Source: Kiritimatiellia bacterium | GTDB taxonomy: Bacteria > Verrucomicrobiota > Kiritimatiellia > RFP12 > UBA1067 | Length of the DNA: 64,000 nucleotides | Reading direction: 5' to 3' | NCBI GenBank assembly: GCA_050949565.1 | Contig: JBMNFY010000011.1 | Coordinates: 32,001-96,000 of the forward strand | Part shown: piece by piece, positions 56,683 to 64,000 of the stretch | How positions within the stretch are numbered: the stretch's first letter is position 1 | How the letters are laid out: the number at the start of each line of letters is the position of its first letter | The notes under the pieces: model-generated | Seen by the model: the letters and a program-made list of their open reading frames with translations, nothing else | Told to the model about the DNA's origin: nothing | Databases searched by the model: none | Made by a program: the position numbers and the translations under genes

Positions 56683-57465
56683 ATGCGTGAGTGCTTGGAT
56701 GTTTTTTTGCTGGCGGTGCTTCAGGGCATCACCGAGTTCCTGCCGATCAGTAGTTCTGGGCACTTAGTTCTCGCCCAGAATCTGCTCAAGACCAACACGC
56801 CGGGCGTGCGGCTGGAGATTGTGCTGCACCTCGGCACCATGATCTCCATCATAGCCTTCTATCGCAAGCCGCTGTGGGCGTTGACTTGCGGTGTGTTTAA
56901 GGGGCAGCGTGCGAGTTGGGCCGCGCTCGGCCGGATCATCCTCTCAGCGGTTCCAGCCGCCTTCTTCTACTTCCTGTGCCACGACAAGGTCCATGCCTTT
57001 TACGAAGACTCGCAGGCGGTCGGCGGCTTCCTGATTTTCACCGGCGTCGTGCTACTCGCCCTGCGCTGGATGCGGAGCGGCAACGAATCGGTGAACGGTG
57101 CGCGCGCCTTGCTGACCGGTCTTGCGCAGGCACTGGCGGTACTACCCGGCATCAGCCGCTCCGGCATGACCATCGCAGCGGCCCGCATGGCTGGAGTCGC
57201 GCCGGGACTGGCGGCCGAGTTCTCGTTTCTCATGAGCCTGCCGCTATTGGTCGGTGCCGCGTTGCTGGACATCCTCGGACTCACAACACAAAACGGAAGT
57301 GCCGACTCCCTGCCCGGCTGGCTTCTTTTCGCCGGTGCGGTCGTCTCAGCCGTAGTGGGCTACGCGGCACTGGCACTGCTGGTGCGCACCCTGCACAGCG
57401 GACGCTTCTGGCTTTTCGGCCCCTACTGCATCGCGGCGGGGAGCATCACCCTGATCGTGCTTTGA
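56683..57465 (+). CDS. uppP: Undecaprenyl-diphosphate phosphatase (BacA)
   Basis: QGITEFLPISSSGHL, LHLGT, LPGISRSGMTI, AEFSFLMSLP. Confidence 0.96.
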   Translation: MRECLDVFLLAVLQGITEFLPISSSGHLVLAQNLLKTNTPGVRLEIVLHLGTMISIIAFYRKPLWALTCGVFKGQRASWAALGRIILSAVPAAFFYFLCHDKVHAFYEDSQAVGGFLIFTGVVLLALRWMRSGNESVNGARALLTGLAQALAVLPGISRSGMTIAAARMAGVAPGLAAEFSFLMSLPLLVGAALLDILGLTTQNGSADSLPGWLLFAGAVVSAVVGYAALALLVRTLHSGRFWLFGPYCIAAGSITLIVL

Positions 57466-57500
57466 GTGTGAACGCCGAACCACGAAAATGCCAAGTGGTA

Positions 57501-57624
57501 CGGCTCGTGGGGACAGTCGCCCACCAGTGCTTCGCGTCTTCGCGCCTTCGCGTGAAACACCCGAGCAGTGCTTTTACTCTCCCCCAAAAACCTCTGCGTC
57601 TCTGCGCCTCTGCGTTAAACAAAC
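57501..57624. repeat. Dispersed ~120-bp repeat (inverted copy of 15166-15281)
   Basis: CGGCTCGTG...CTTCGCGTCTTCGCGCCTTCGCGTGAAACACCCGA...CCCCCAAAAACCTCTGCGTCTCTGCGCCTCTGCGTTAAACAAAC. Confidence 0.88.
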
Positions 57625-57659
57625 CCGAGCAGCGCAAAACAAACTCATGCACTAATGAA

Positions 57660-59195
57660 CTACCGATCCGACTCCCACTTCTCCAGCCACACGCATCGGT
57701 TACCGGGGCCGAACGCCTCAAGGAACGCGGGGGTATTTGTGTCGCACATGCGGTCACGCACAGGCACCTCCGTGATTTTACCGAACACGCCACCCGTCCG
57801 CTCGATGAAGACATTCCCGTCCAGACGCGGCATAGATGAAGACCCGTCGAGGTTTTTGAGCCCGCTCCCCACATCCATCAAACGGTCAATCGAGTGGCAG
57901 ATCACGTTATTGCGTATCACGTAGTTGAACGCCCGGTTGCGCTCAGCGTGGAACCACCCCTTCACGTGCGCCGCGCAACCGCGATCCGCACGCTGTTCGC
58001 TGAAGCCCACGCCCGCGTTCATCATGAGATTGTTCGCGTAAAGGATGTTCTCCATACGGCTCGGGTTACCGTCCTTCGCCGTAAGGAAGTATTCGATCGA
58101 GTAGTTGCACCTGTCGAACACATTGTGCGCGAAGAGGACGTTCTTCTGATCGAAGCGTTTCATCCCGTCTTTCGGAGGGATGTTGAACTGATGCGTCACG
58201 CCCGCATCATATATCTGGTCAAAAAAGCAGTTCGTGACCGTGTAGTTCTCGCAACCGCCGTAGATTTCCACACCGTTGCCGAGGCGCGTGGGATAGTCGC
58301 GCCCGTAGATGCCCTCCGCCTGAATGGATCCACCGATCCAAACAAACTCGCTGTTCGACACCGTGAGGTTGCGGCAGGTGCCCGCCGCAACACCGTGCAC
58401 GCCCACGTACTTGACGGTAAAGTTGTCAATCGTCACGTCATCAGCACCCCCCACGCCGAATCCTGACGTCTTCACGTTGAACTCGATTGAGCGGAAGCGT
58501 TCGCCTGGATTGCGTTCGCTGTAGAGGTACACGAGCCCCGTGCCGTCTTTGTAGTAGTCGTGCCAGAAATGCAGATCGCCATCAAGATCGCGGTAAGAGT
58601 TGAAGGGACGCCCCGTATACTTGTTGAACTTCTCCCCCGTTTTCTTGTCCGTGCGAATGACGATCTTGATCGCATGTGCGGCACCATCGTCGAAAACGAG
58701 CGTGCCCACATCCGTTTCGCCGATTGGATACGACCACACACGCGGATTGTCCGTCCGCCGCCACTTCTTCGGATCGGCGCCGTTCTCCGGCGAACCATAG
58801 ATCATCGGTTTCGGTCCGGTGCCGTATGCCGCGTAGGTTACACCCTTCTGTACGCATACTCTGCCGCGGTACACGCCGCCACGCTGATAGCGCACCCAAC
58901 TACCGGGCGCGAGGTTCTCGCGATTGAGCCGTGCCGTCGTCTGCCAGGCCGTCGAAGGCGTACGGCCGTCCGCCGTGTCGTTGCCCTGCGCCGCTGAGAC
59001 GTAGTAGACGGGCACACCTGCGGGCGGCGTGCTGTCTCCCGTTGCACGGATTTCCGCGATGCGCGCATCCATCACACGCCGCAACGCGGACGGCGAGTTG
59101 ATCTGCGCGAGATCCAGTTCCTTCGCATCCAGTCCCGACACCAGCAGCCCCAGCCCCATCATCAAAGGACACAACTTGGCACTCATATCATCCAT
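57660..59195 (-). CDS. Secreted right-handed beta-helix protein
   Basis: YYVSAAQGNDTADGRTPSTAWQT, AAYGTGPKP, GNGVEIYG, QIYDAGVTHQ. Confidence 0.8.
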   Translation of the reverse strand: MDDMSAKLCPLMMGLGLLVSGLDAKELDLAQINSPSALRRVMDARIAEIRATGDSTPPAGVPVYYVSAAQGNDTADGRTPSTAWQTTARLNRENLAPGSWVRYQRGGVYRGRVCVQKGVTYAAYGTGPKPMIYGSPENGADPKKWRRTDNPRVWSYPIGETDVGTLVFDDGAAHAIKIVIRTDKKTGEKFNKYTGRPFNSYRDLDGDLHFWHDYYKDGTGLVYLYSERNPGERFRSIEFNVKTSGFGVGGADDVTIDNFTVKYVGVHGVAAGTCRNLTVSNSEFVWIGGSIQAEGIYGRDYPTRLGNGVEIYGGCENYTVTNCFFDQIYDAGVTHQFNIPPKDGMKRFDQKNVLFAHNVFDRCNYSIEYFLTAKDGNPSRMENILYANNLMMNAGVGFSEQRADRGCAAHVKGWFHAERNRAFNYVIRNNVICHSIDRLMDVGSGLKNLDGSSSMPRLDGNVFIERTGGVFGKITEVPVRDRMCDTNTPAFLEAFGPGNRCVWLEKWESDR

Positions 59196-59281
59196 TCTCC
59201 CTCTTTCAGAAAAGTGTTACCCCTCAGCGCTCTCGCATAGTTTTTCTATGGTAGCACAAGGAGAAATCAGGTATCAACTGC

Positions 59282-60723
59282 AAGGACTTTCCCCAAAAAA
59301 TCGGGGGCAATTATATCTAAGTCCTTGAAAACAAAGGGGATGCGTCTCTGACGGGCGTGCCTGAAAGTGAAAAAGTGGTTTTCCTCCGCCGGTTCTGCCA
59401 AAATGGCGGTTCAACCAAAAACCGGAAAGGAAAACCGACATGAATCATAGCGCAACGGCGTTCAAAGCGCGAGAGCAACTCAAGAATTTTTTGGGGGAAC
59501 TTTCCCCCCGGTTTTCCAAGCCGCTCGGCAAGTTCGTGGGCGACATGGTCTACGGGATACAGGCGTCGCAGGACGTGAAGCTCAGCCGGATCGCCCGCGC
59601 GCTCGACGAGCCGATATCGATGAAGAAACTGGAGGACAGGCTGAGCCGGATGCTCGGGAGCGAGGGCATCGAGCAGGGGATTTCCGACGCTGTCGCCCGT
59701 CTGGGCTCGCGTCACGTCCATCAGGACACGCTGATCGTCATCGACCCGACCGACATCCGTAAGCTGTACGCGAAGAAGATGGAATATCTCGCCCGCGTCC
59801 GGGACGGGAGCACGGGGGAGATCGGCAACGGATACAGCGCCTGCCTGGCGGTCGCCTGCGAGAGCGGCGGCCGCCGGATCACGCCGTTGCACATGCGGCT
59901 GTGGTCGAGCGAGGCGGAGGGCTTCATCAGCCAGAACGACGAGGTGCTCGGCGTCATCGACCAGATCAGCTCCCGCGCGAAGAAGCGCGGCATCTACGTC
60001 ATCGACCGCGGAGGCGACGGAGACTGGCTGTTCGACGGCCTGGACCGGCGCAAACTGGACTACATCGTGCGCCTCGTGGGCAACCGCAACCTGCTCCACG
60101 GCCGGCGGACCGCGCTGGCCGAAGAACTGGCGGCATCCTGCCCCATGAAGCACATCGAGATCGTCACGAGGGAGACGGGGGACGGGGTGAAAAGCTATAA
60201 GCTGGAGTTCGGCGCCATGACCGTCGCCCTGCCGCAGAGGCCCGACAAGCCCCTGCGCATGGTCGTGGTGAAGGGGTTCGGCGAGCGGCCGATGCTCCTG
60301 CTGACCACGCTGGCCGGGACGACGTCGCGCAAGTCCCTGTGGCAGGTCGTCGAGGGCTATCTGACGCGGTGGCGCGTCGAGGACGCGATCCGCTTCGTCA
60401 AGCAGAGCTACAACCTCGAGGACATCCGGGTCCTGACGTACCGGCGCCTGAAAAACATGGTCGCTCTGCTGCTGGCCGTCATCTACTTCAACTGCGTCTG
60501 GCTGGCCGGACGGCTGCGCTGCGAGATCCTGACGACCAACATCACCCACGCCGCCAAGCGCATCTACGGCGTGGCCGAGTTCCTCCACTACGCCGTCGCC
60601 GACGGCCTCGGGAGGCTCTTCACGCGCCACGGGAAATGGTACGGCTACAAGCCGCCAGACCCCGAATCAAACCCGCTCGGACTGGTCTTTCTGGAATGAC
60701 CAGATTTTTTGGGGAAACTCCTT
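59282..60723 (+). mobile_element. Insertion sequence (IS4-superfamily DDE), 1442 bp, 21-bp terminal inverted repeats, 9-bp target duplication
   Basis: Left IR AAGGACTTTCCCCAAAAAATC, right IR GATTTTTTGGGGAAACTCCTT (1 mismatch); ATCAACTGC at 59273-59281 and 60724-60732. Confidence 0.93.
59440..60699 (+). CDS. DDE transposase
   Basis: VIDPTD, VIDRGGD, YLTRWRVEDAIRFVKQ (YREK signature). Confidence 0.93.
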   Translation: MNHSATAFKAREQLKNFLGELSPRFSKPLGKFVGDMVYGIQASQDVKLSRIARALDEPISMKKLEDRLSRMLGSEGIEQGISDAVARLGSRHVHQDTLIVIDPTDIRKLYAKKMEYLARVRDGSTGEIGNGYSACLAVACESGGRRITPLHMRLWSSEAEGFISQNDEVLGVIDQISSRAKKRGIYVIDRGGDGDWLFDGLDRRKLDYIVRLVGNRNLLHGRRTALAEELAASCPMKHIEIVTRETGDGVKSYKLEFGAMTVALPQRPDKPLRMVVVKGFGERPMLLLTTLAGTTSRKSLWQVVEGYLTRWRVEDAIRFVKQSYNLEDIRVLTYRRLKNMVALLLAVIYFNCVWLAGRLRCEILTTNITHAAKRIYGVAEFLHYAVADGLGRLFTRHGKWYGYKPPDPESNPLGLVFLE

Positions 60724-60791
60724 ATCAACTGCGGTTTGCGGACGGGGCCGTTTTTTGGTATTCTCCATTTCTTACGTTTTGGACGAAAAAG

Positions 60792-61334
60792 ATGAAATGC
60801 GAACTGTGTCATAAAGCGGATGCGGAAACCGCGATCCAGCGCGAGGTGGACGGCGAGGTTCAGGAGCTTTACGTCTGCCAGAACTGTGCCCGGCAGGAAG
60901 CCGCGCCGACCGCACCGCCGGTCTCAGAGGAGGGGCAGCCGACTCCGGAAGACGAGATGGAATCGATGCCGCTGATGGGCATGATCCTCGACGCGGCGTT
61001 TGAGATCGTGGGACGCGCCATGAATCTTGCCGAGCCGGCGTGCCCGGCGTGCGGCATCATGCGCCACGAATACCGCAAGCAGTCGCGCCTAGGATGCCCG
61101 GAGTGCTACACGGCATTTGCCAAGGAGATGGACGCGGCGATCTTTGACCTGCATCGCGCCACGCAGCATGTCGGTAAGGTGCCGCAGCGGGCGCAAGCCC
61201 TTTGGCAGCGCCGTCAGCTTGAAAAGCGTCTGGAGGAGGCTGTCAAGGCGCAGCGCTATGAAGAGGCGATCGCACTACGCGATGAACTGCGTCGCCTGCC
61301 GGAGCCTGATGCTGCGGAAGGAGGCGCACCATGA
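60792..61334 (+). CDS. mcsA: McsA, activator of the protein-arginine kinase
   Basis: Four CXXC motifs (CELC, CQNC, CPAC, CPEC), HVGKVP, UVR coil YEEAIALRDEL; start trimmed from 60339. Confidence 0.9.
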   Translation: MKCELCHKADAETAIQREVDGEVQELYVCQNCARQEAAPTAPPVSEEGQPTPEDEMESMPLMGMILDAAFEIVGRAMNLAEPACPACGIMRHEYRKQSRLGCPECYTAFAKEMDAAIFDLHRATQHVGKVPQRAQALWQRRQLEKRLEEAVKAQRYEEAIALRDELRRLPEPDAAEGGAP

Positions 61335-62389
61335 TTTTACCGTCGGAGGAACAAAAGACGCCCCGGCAACCCGCGTTGCCTGCGGAAGCCGCGACGATCG
61401 CGATGAGCTGCCGCGTGCGGCTGGCGCGTAATCTGGCGGGCGAGCGCTTCCCGGACTGGGCAACCGAGCGTGACCGCGAACGGATCTTGGATGCGGTGCA
61501 CGAGGCCATGGACAAGGATGCCCCCGAACTGGGCATGGTGCCGATCGCAGGGATTGAGGCACAAGACCGCGACATCCTGTACGAATCGCGCCTGATCAGC
61601 AGAGAACTGATGGAGCGGGCAGCTGGCGGCGGCATGGCGGTGGCGCAGGATGGCTCGGCCTGCGTCATGATCAATGAAGAGGACCACCTGCGCATCCAAG
61701 GATTCGCGCGGGGGCTGGACATGCAGACTGCTTGGCGGCGTGCTGATGAGCTGGATACGCGCCTGGAGCGCCATCTCACGTACGCATGGTCGCCGCGGCT
61801 GGGATATCTGACAGCCTGTCCGAGTAATGTCGGCACCGGTCTGCGCGCCGGGGTCATGCTGCACCTTTTGGGACTGCGGCTGTGGGACGAGATTGAACCG
61901 GTCGTGACCGCGCTGGAAAGGATGCGGCTGCTGGTGCGCGGCATCGGCGGCGAGGGCTCCGAAGCGGCCGGCCAGATCTATCAGGTGTCGAATATGGACA
62001 CGCTGGGCATAGGCGAGGCGGAGATCATCCGCCGCGTGACGCGCATTTGTACGGAGGTGGTGCGGCAGGAGTACAACGCACGCGTGCGGCTCCTGCAAGA
62101 GTCGCCTTTGGTGCTGGCGGATTGTTTGGCGCGCTCGTTGAGCATCCTGCAGAACGCGCGCCTGCTGACCACGGCAGAGGCGCTGGAGTTTCTCTCGGCG
62201 TTGCGCTTAGGTGCGGCGATGGGATTGTGTACGCGCCTGAAGGTGGCGGATGTGGATACGTTGATCCTGATGATGCAACCCGGCCATTTGCAGAAGGGAC
62301 TGGGCGCGGAGATGTCCTCCGACGAACGTGACGAGATGCGTGCGGACTTCCTGAGCCGCAAAGTAGCCCATGTCAAACTGAAGTGTTGA
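61331..62389 (+). CDS. mcsB: Protein-arginine kinase McsB
   Basis: RVRLARNL, INEEDHLRIQ, GYLTACPSNVGTGLRA, VRGIGGEGSEA, YQVSN. Confidence 0.95.
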   Translation: MILPSEEQKTPRQPALPAEAATIAMSCRVRLARNLAGERFPDWATERDRERILDAVHEAMDKDAPELGMVPIAGIEAQDRDILYESRLISRELMERAAGGGMAVAQDGSACVMINEEDHLRIQGFARGLDMQTAWRRADELDTRLERHLTYAWSPRLGYLTACPSNVGTGLRAGVMLHLLGLRLWDEIEPVVTALERMRLLVRGIGGEGSEAAGQIYQVSNMDTLGIGEAEIIRRVTRICTEVVRQEYNARVRLLQESPLVLADCLARSLSILQNARLLTTAEALEFLSALRLGAAMGLCTRLKVADVDTLILMMQPGHLQKGLGAEMSSDERDEMRADFLSRKVAHVKLKC

Positions 62390-62398
62390 GGAGAATCG

Positions 62399-64000
62399 AT
62401 GAACATTTTTGAGCATTTTACAGAGCGCGCGCGACGCGCATTGCATTTGGCGGCACGCGAGGCCAGCCGCTTTAACCATCCCTATATCGGCACCGAGCAC
62501 CTGTTGCTGGGGCTGGTGGCGCTGGGCGAGGGCGTGGCGGTTGAGGTGTTGGGCGAACTGGGCGTGTCACTGGACGATGTGCGCATCGCGGTCGAGCGTA
62601 TGGTGGGGTTCGGCGGTGACATCAAGACCAAGGGTGACCTGCCCTACACGCCGCGCACCAAGAAGGTGCTGCAACTTGCGGTTGCCGAGGCGCACTCGAT
62701 GCGGCAGCAGATGGTGGGCACCGAACACCTGCTGCTGGCGCTGCTGCGCGAGGGCGAAGGAATTGCCGCGCAGGTCTTGCAGTCGCTGAATGTGCAGATC
62801 GACGAGGTACAGGACGGCGTGCGCCGCTTCCTTGAGGCGATGGAAGAGATGGACGAGGACGACGAAGGTGAATTTGGCCCGTCCGACCGCGACGAGGAAC
62901 AATCAGAGCCGATGCGCGATGGTCCGCCGCTGGGCATGCCGCCCATGGGTGGCACGAAAAAGGAGGCGAAGTCCAAAACGCCGGCGCTGAACGCATTCGG
63001 CCGCGACCTGACCGAACTGGCAAAAAAGGGTGAATTGGACCCGGTGGTCGGACGCCACAACGAACTGGAACGTGTGATCCAAATCTTGAGCCGCCGCTCC
63101 AAAAACAACGCGGCACTGCTGGGCGAAGCCGGTGTCGGCAAGACGGCGGTGGTTGAGGGGCTGGCGCATGCGATTGTCAGCGGCGATGTGCCGGAGCGCA
63201 TGCTCGATAAGCGCGTGATCGCGCTCGATATGGCGCTGATGGTGGCGGGTACGAAATACCGCGGCCAGTTCGAAGAGCGCATCAAGGCGGTCGTGGAAGA
63301 GATCCGGCGCGAAAAGAATGTCATTCTGTTTCTGGATGAACTGCACACGATTGTGGGCGCCGGCGGCGCCGAGGGCGCAATGGACGCCGCCAACATCATC
63401 AAACCCGCGCTGGCACGGGGTGAGTTGCAGTGCGTCGGCGCGACGACCCTGAGCGAGTACCGCAAGTCTATCGAGAAGGATGCCGCGCTGGAGCGCCGCT
63501 TCCAGACCGTGCGTGTTGAAGAGCCGACCGTCGAAGAGACGGTGGCGATCCTGCGCGGCATCGCACCGCGCTACGAGGCACATCACAATGTGCTGTACGA
63601 AGCCGAGGCGCTGGAGGCGGCGGCGAAGCTGACGGCGCGCTACCAGCCCGGCCGGCAATTGCCCGACAAGGCGATCGACGCGATCGACGAGTCCGGTGCG
63701 CGGGTGCGCATGCGGGTGTCGGCGCGTCCGCCGGACATGCGCGAATTTGAACGGCATATCCGCGAGGTGAGCCAGAAAAAAGACGCGGCGATCCGTGACC
63801 AGCATTTTGAGGAGGCGGCGGCATTGCGCGATGAAGAGCGCAAGGCCAAGCAAGAACTGGATGCCGCCGTGGCGGCGTGGAAGGCCGAGCACTGCGAGAA
63901 GCCCCAGCCGGTGACGGTCGACGATGTGACCGAGACGGTGGCATACATCACCGGCGTGCCGATCAAGCGCATGAGCGAGACCGAGTTGGCACGCATGCTC
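62399..64000 (+). CDS. clpC: ClpC ATPase subunit, partial at the window end
   Basis: Not in the ORF track. ATG 62399 gives [15 protein letters not shown]...[52 protein letters not shown] and a UVR domain. Confidence 0.95.
   Translation, partial: MNIFEHFTERARRALHLAAREASRFNHPYIGTEHLLLGLVALGEGVAVEVLGELGVSLDDVRIAVERMVGFGGDIKTKGDLPYTPRTKKVLQLAVAEAHSMRQQMVGTEHLLLALLREGEGIAAQVLQSLNVQIDEVQDGVRRFLEAMEEMDEDDEGEFGPSDRDEEQSEPMRDGPPLGMPPMGGTKKEAKSKTPALNAFGRDLTELAKKGELDPVVGRHNELERVIQILSRRSKNNAALLGEAGVGKTAVVEGLAHAIVSGDVPERMLDKRVIALDMALMVAGTKYRGQFEERIKAVVEEIRREKNVILFLDELHTIVGAGGAEGAMDAANIIKPALARGELQCVGATTLSEYRKSIEKDAALERRFQTVRVEEPTVEETVAILRGIAPRYEAHHNVLYEAEALEAAAKLTARYQPGRQLPDKAIDAIDESGARVRMRVSARPPDMREFERHIREVSQKKDAAIRDQHFEEAAALRDEERKAKQELDAAVAAWKAEHCEKPQPVTVDDVTETVAYITGVPIKRMSETELARML

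Noticed and set aside
59317-60630. 437-aa antisense ORF over the transposase
   Set aside because: Codon-aligned with the sense gene, as expected from strong GC3 bias; no recognisable motifs.
60339-60791. Apparent N-terminal extension of McsA from inside the IS
   Set aside because: Off-frame IS sequence that happens to be open; McsA homology starts at MKCELC (60792).

Overview
GC-rich bacterial chromosome window. A PVC-superphylum organism, probably Kiritimatiellae/Lentisphaerae-like, is inferred from the PEP-CTERM protein, many secreted beta-helix/LamG/DUF1080 proteins and the mcsA-mcsB-clpC operon. Housekeeping genes (purD, purE, der, leuS, pckG, uppP, ogt, mcsA, mcsB, clpC) alternate with secreted carbohydrate-active and surface proteins. 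Accessory content is a NERD nuclease, an AbiL-like AAA/RloB pair, a mazEF module between 37-bp direct repeats and an intact IS4-superfamily element with a 9-bp target duplication. The best leads are: (1) an operon of three secreted proteins, a PEP-CTERM protein and a divergent DUF2723-like GT-C/TPR membrane protein; (2) a cupin-VOC-dhaK-dhaL-lsrF operon lacking the other lsr genes; (3) a 2240-aa double FAD-oxidoreductase/passenger-repeat protein with no autotransporter barrel; (4) several intergenic repeat families, some bracketing accessory genes. No rRNA, tRNA or CRISPR array was found. All family calls come from motif recognition by eye, not database searches.
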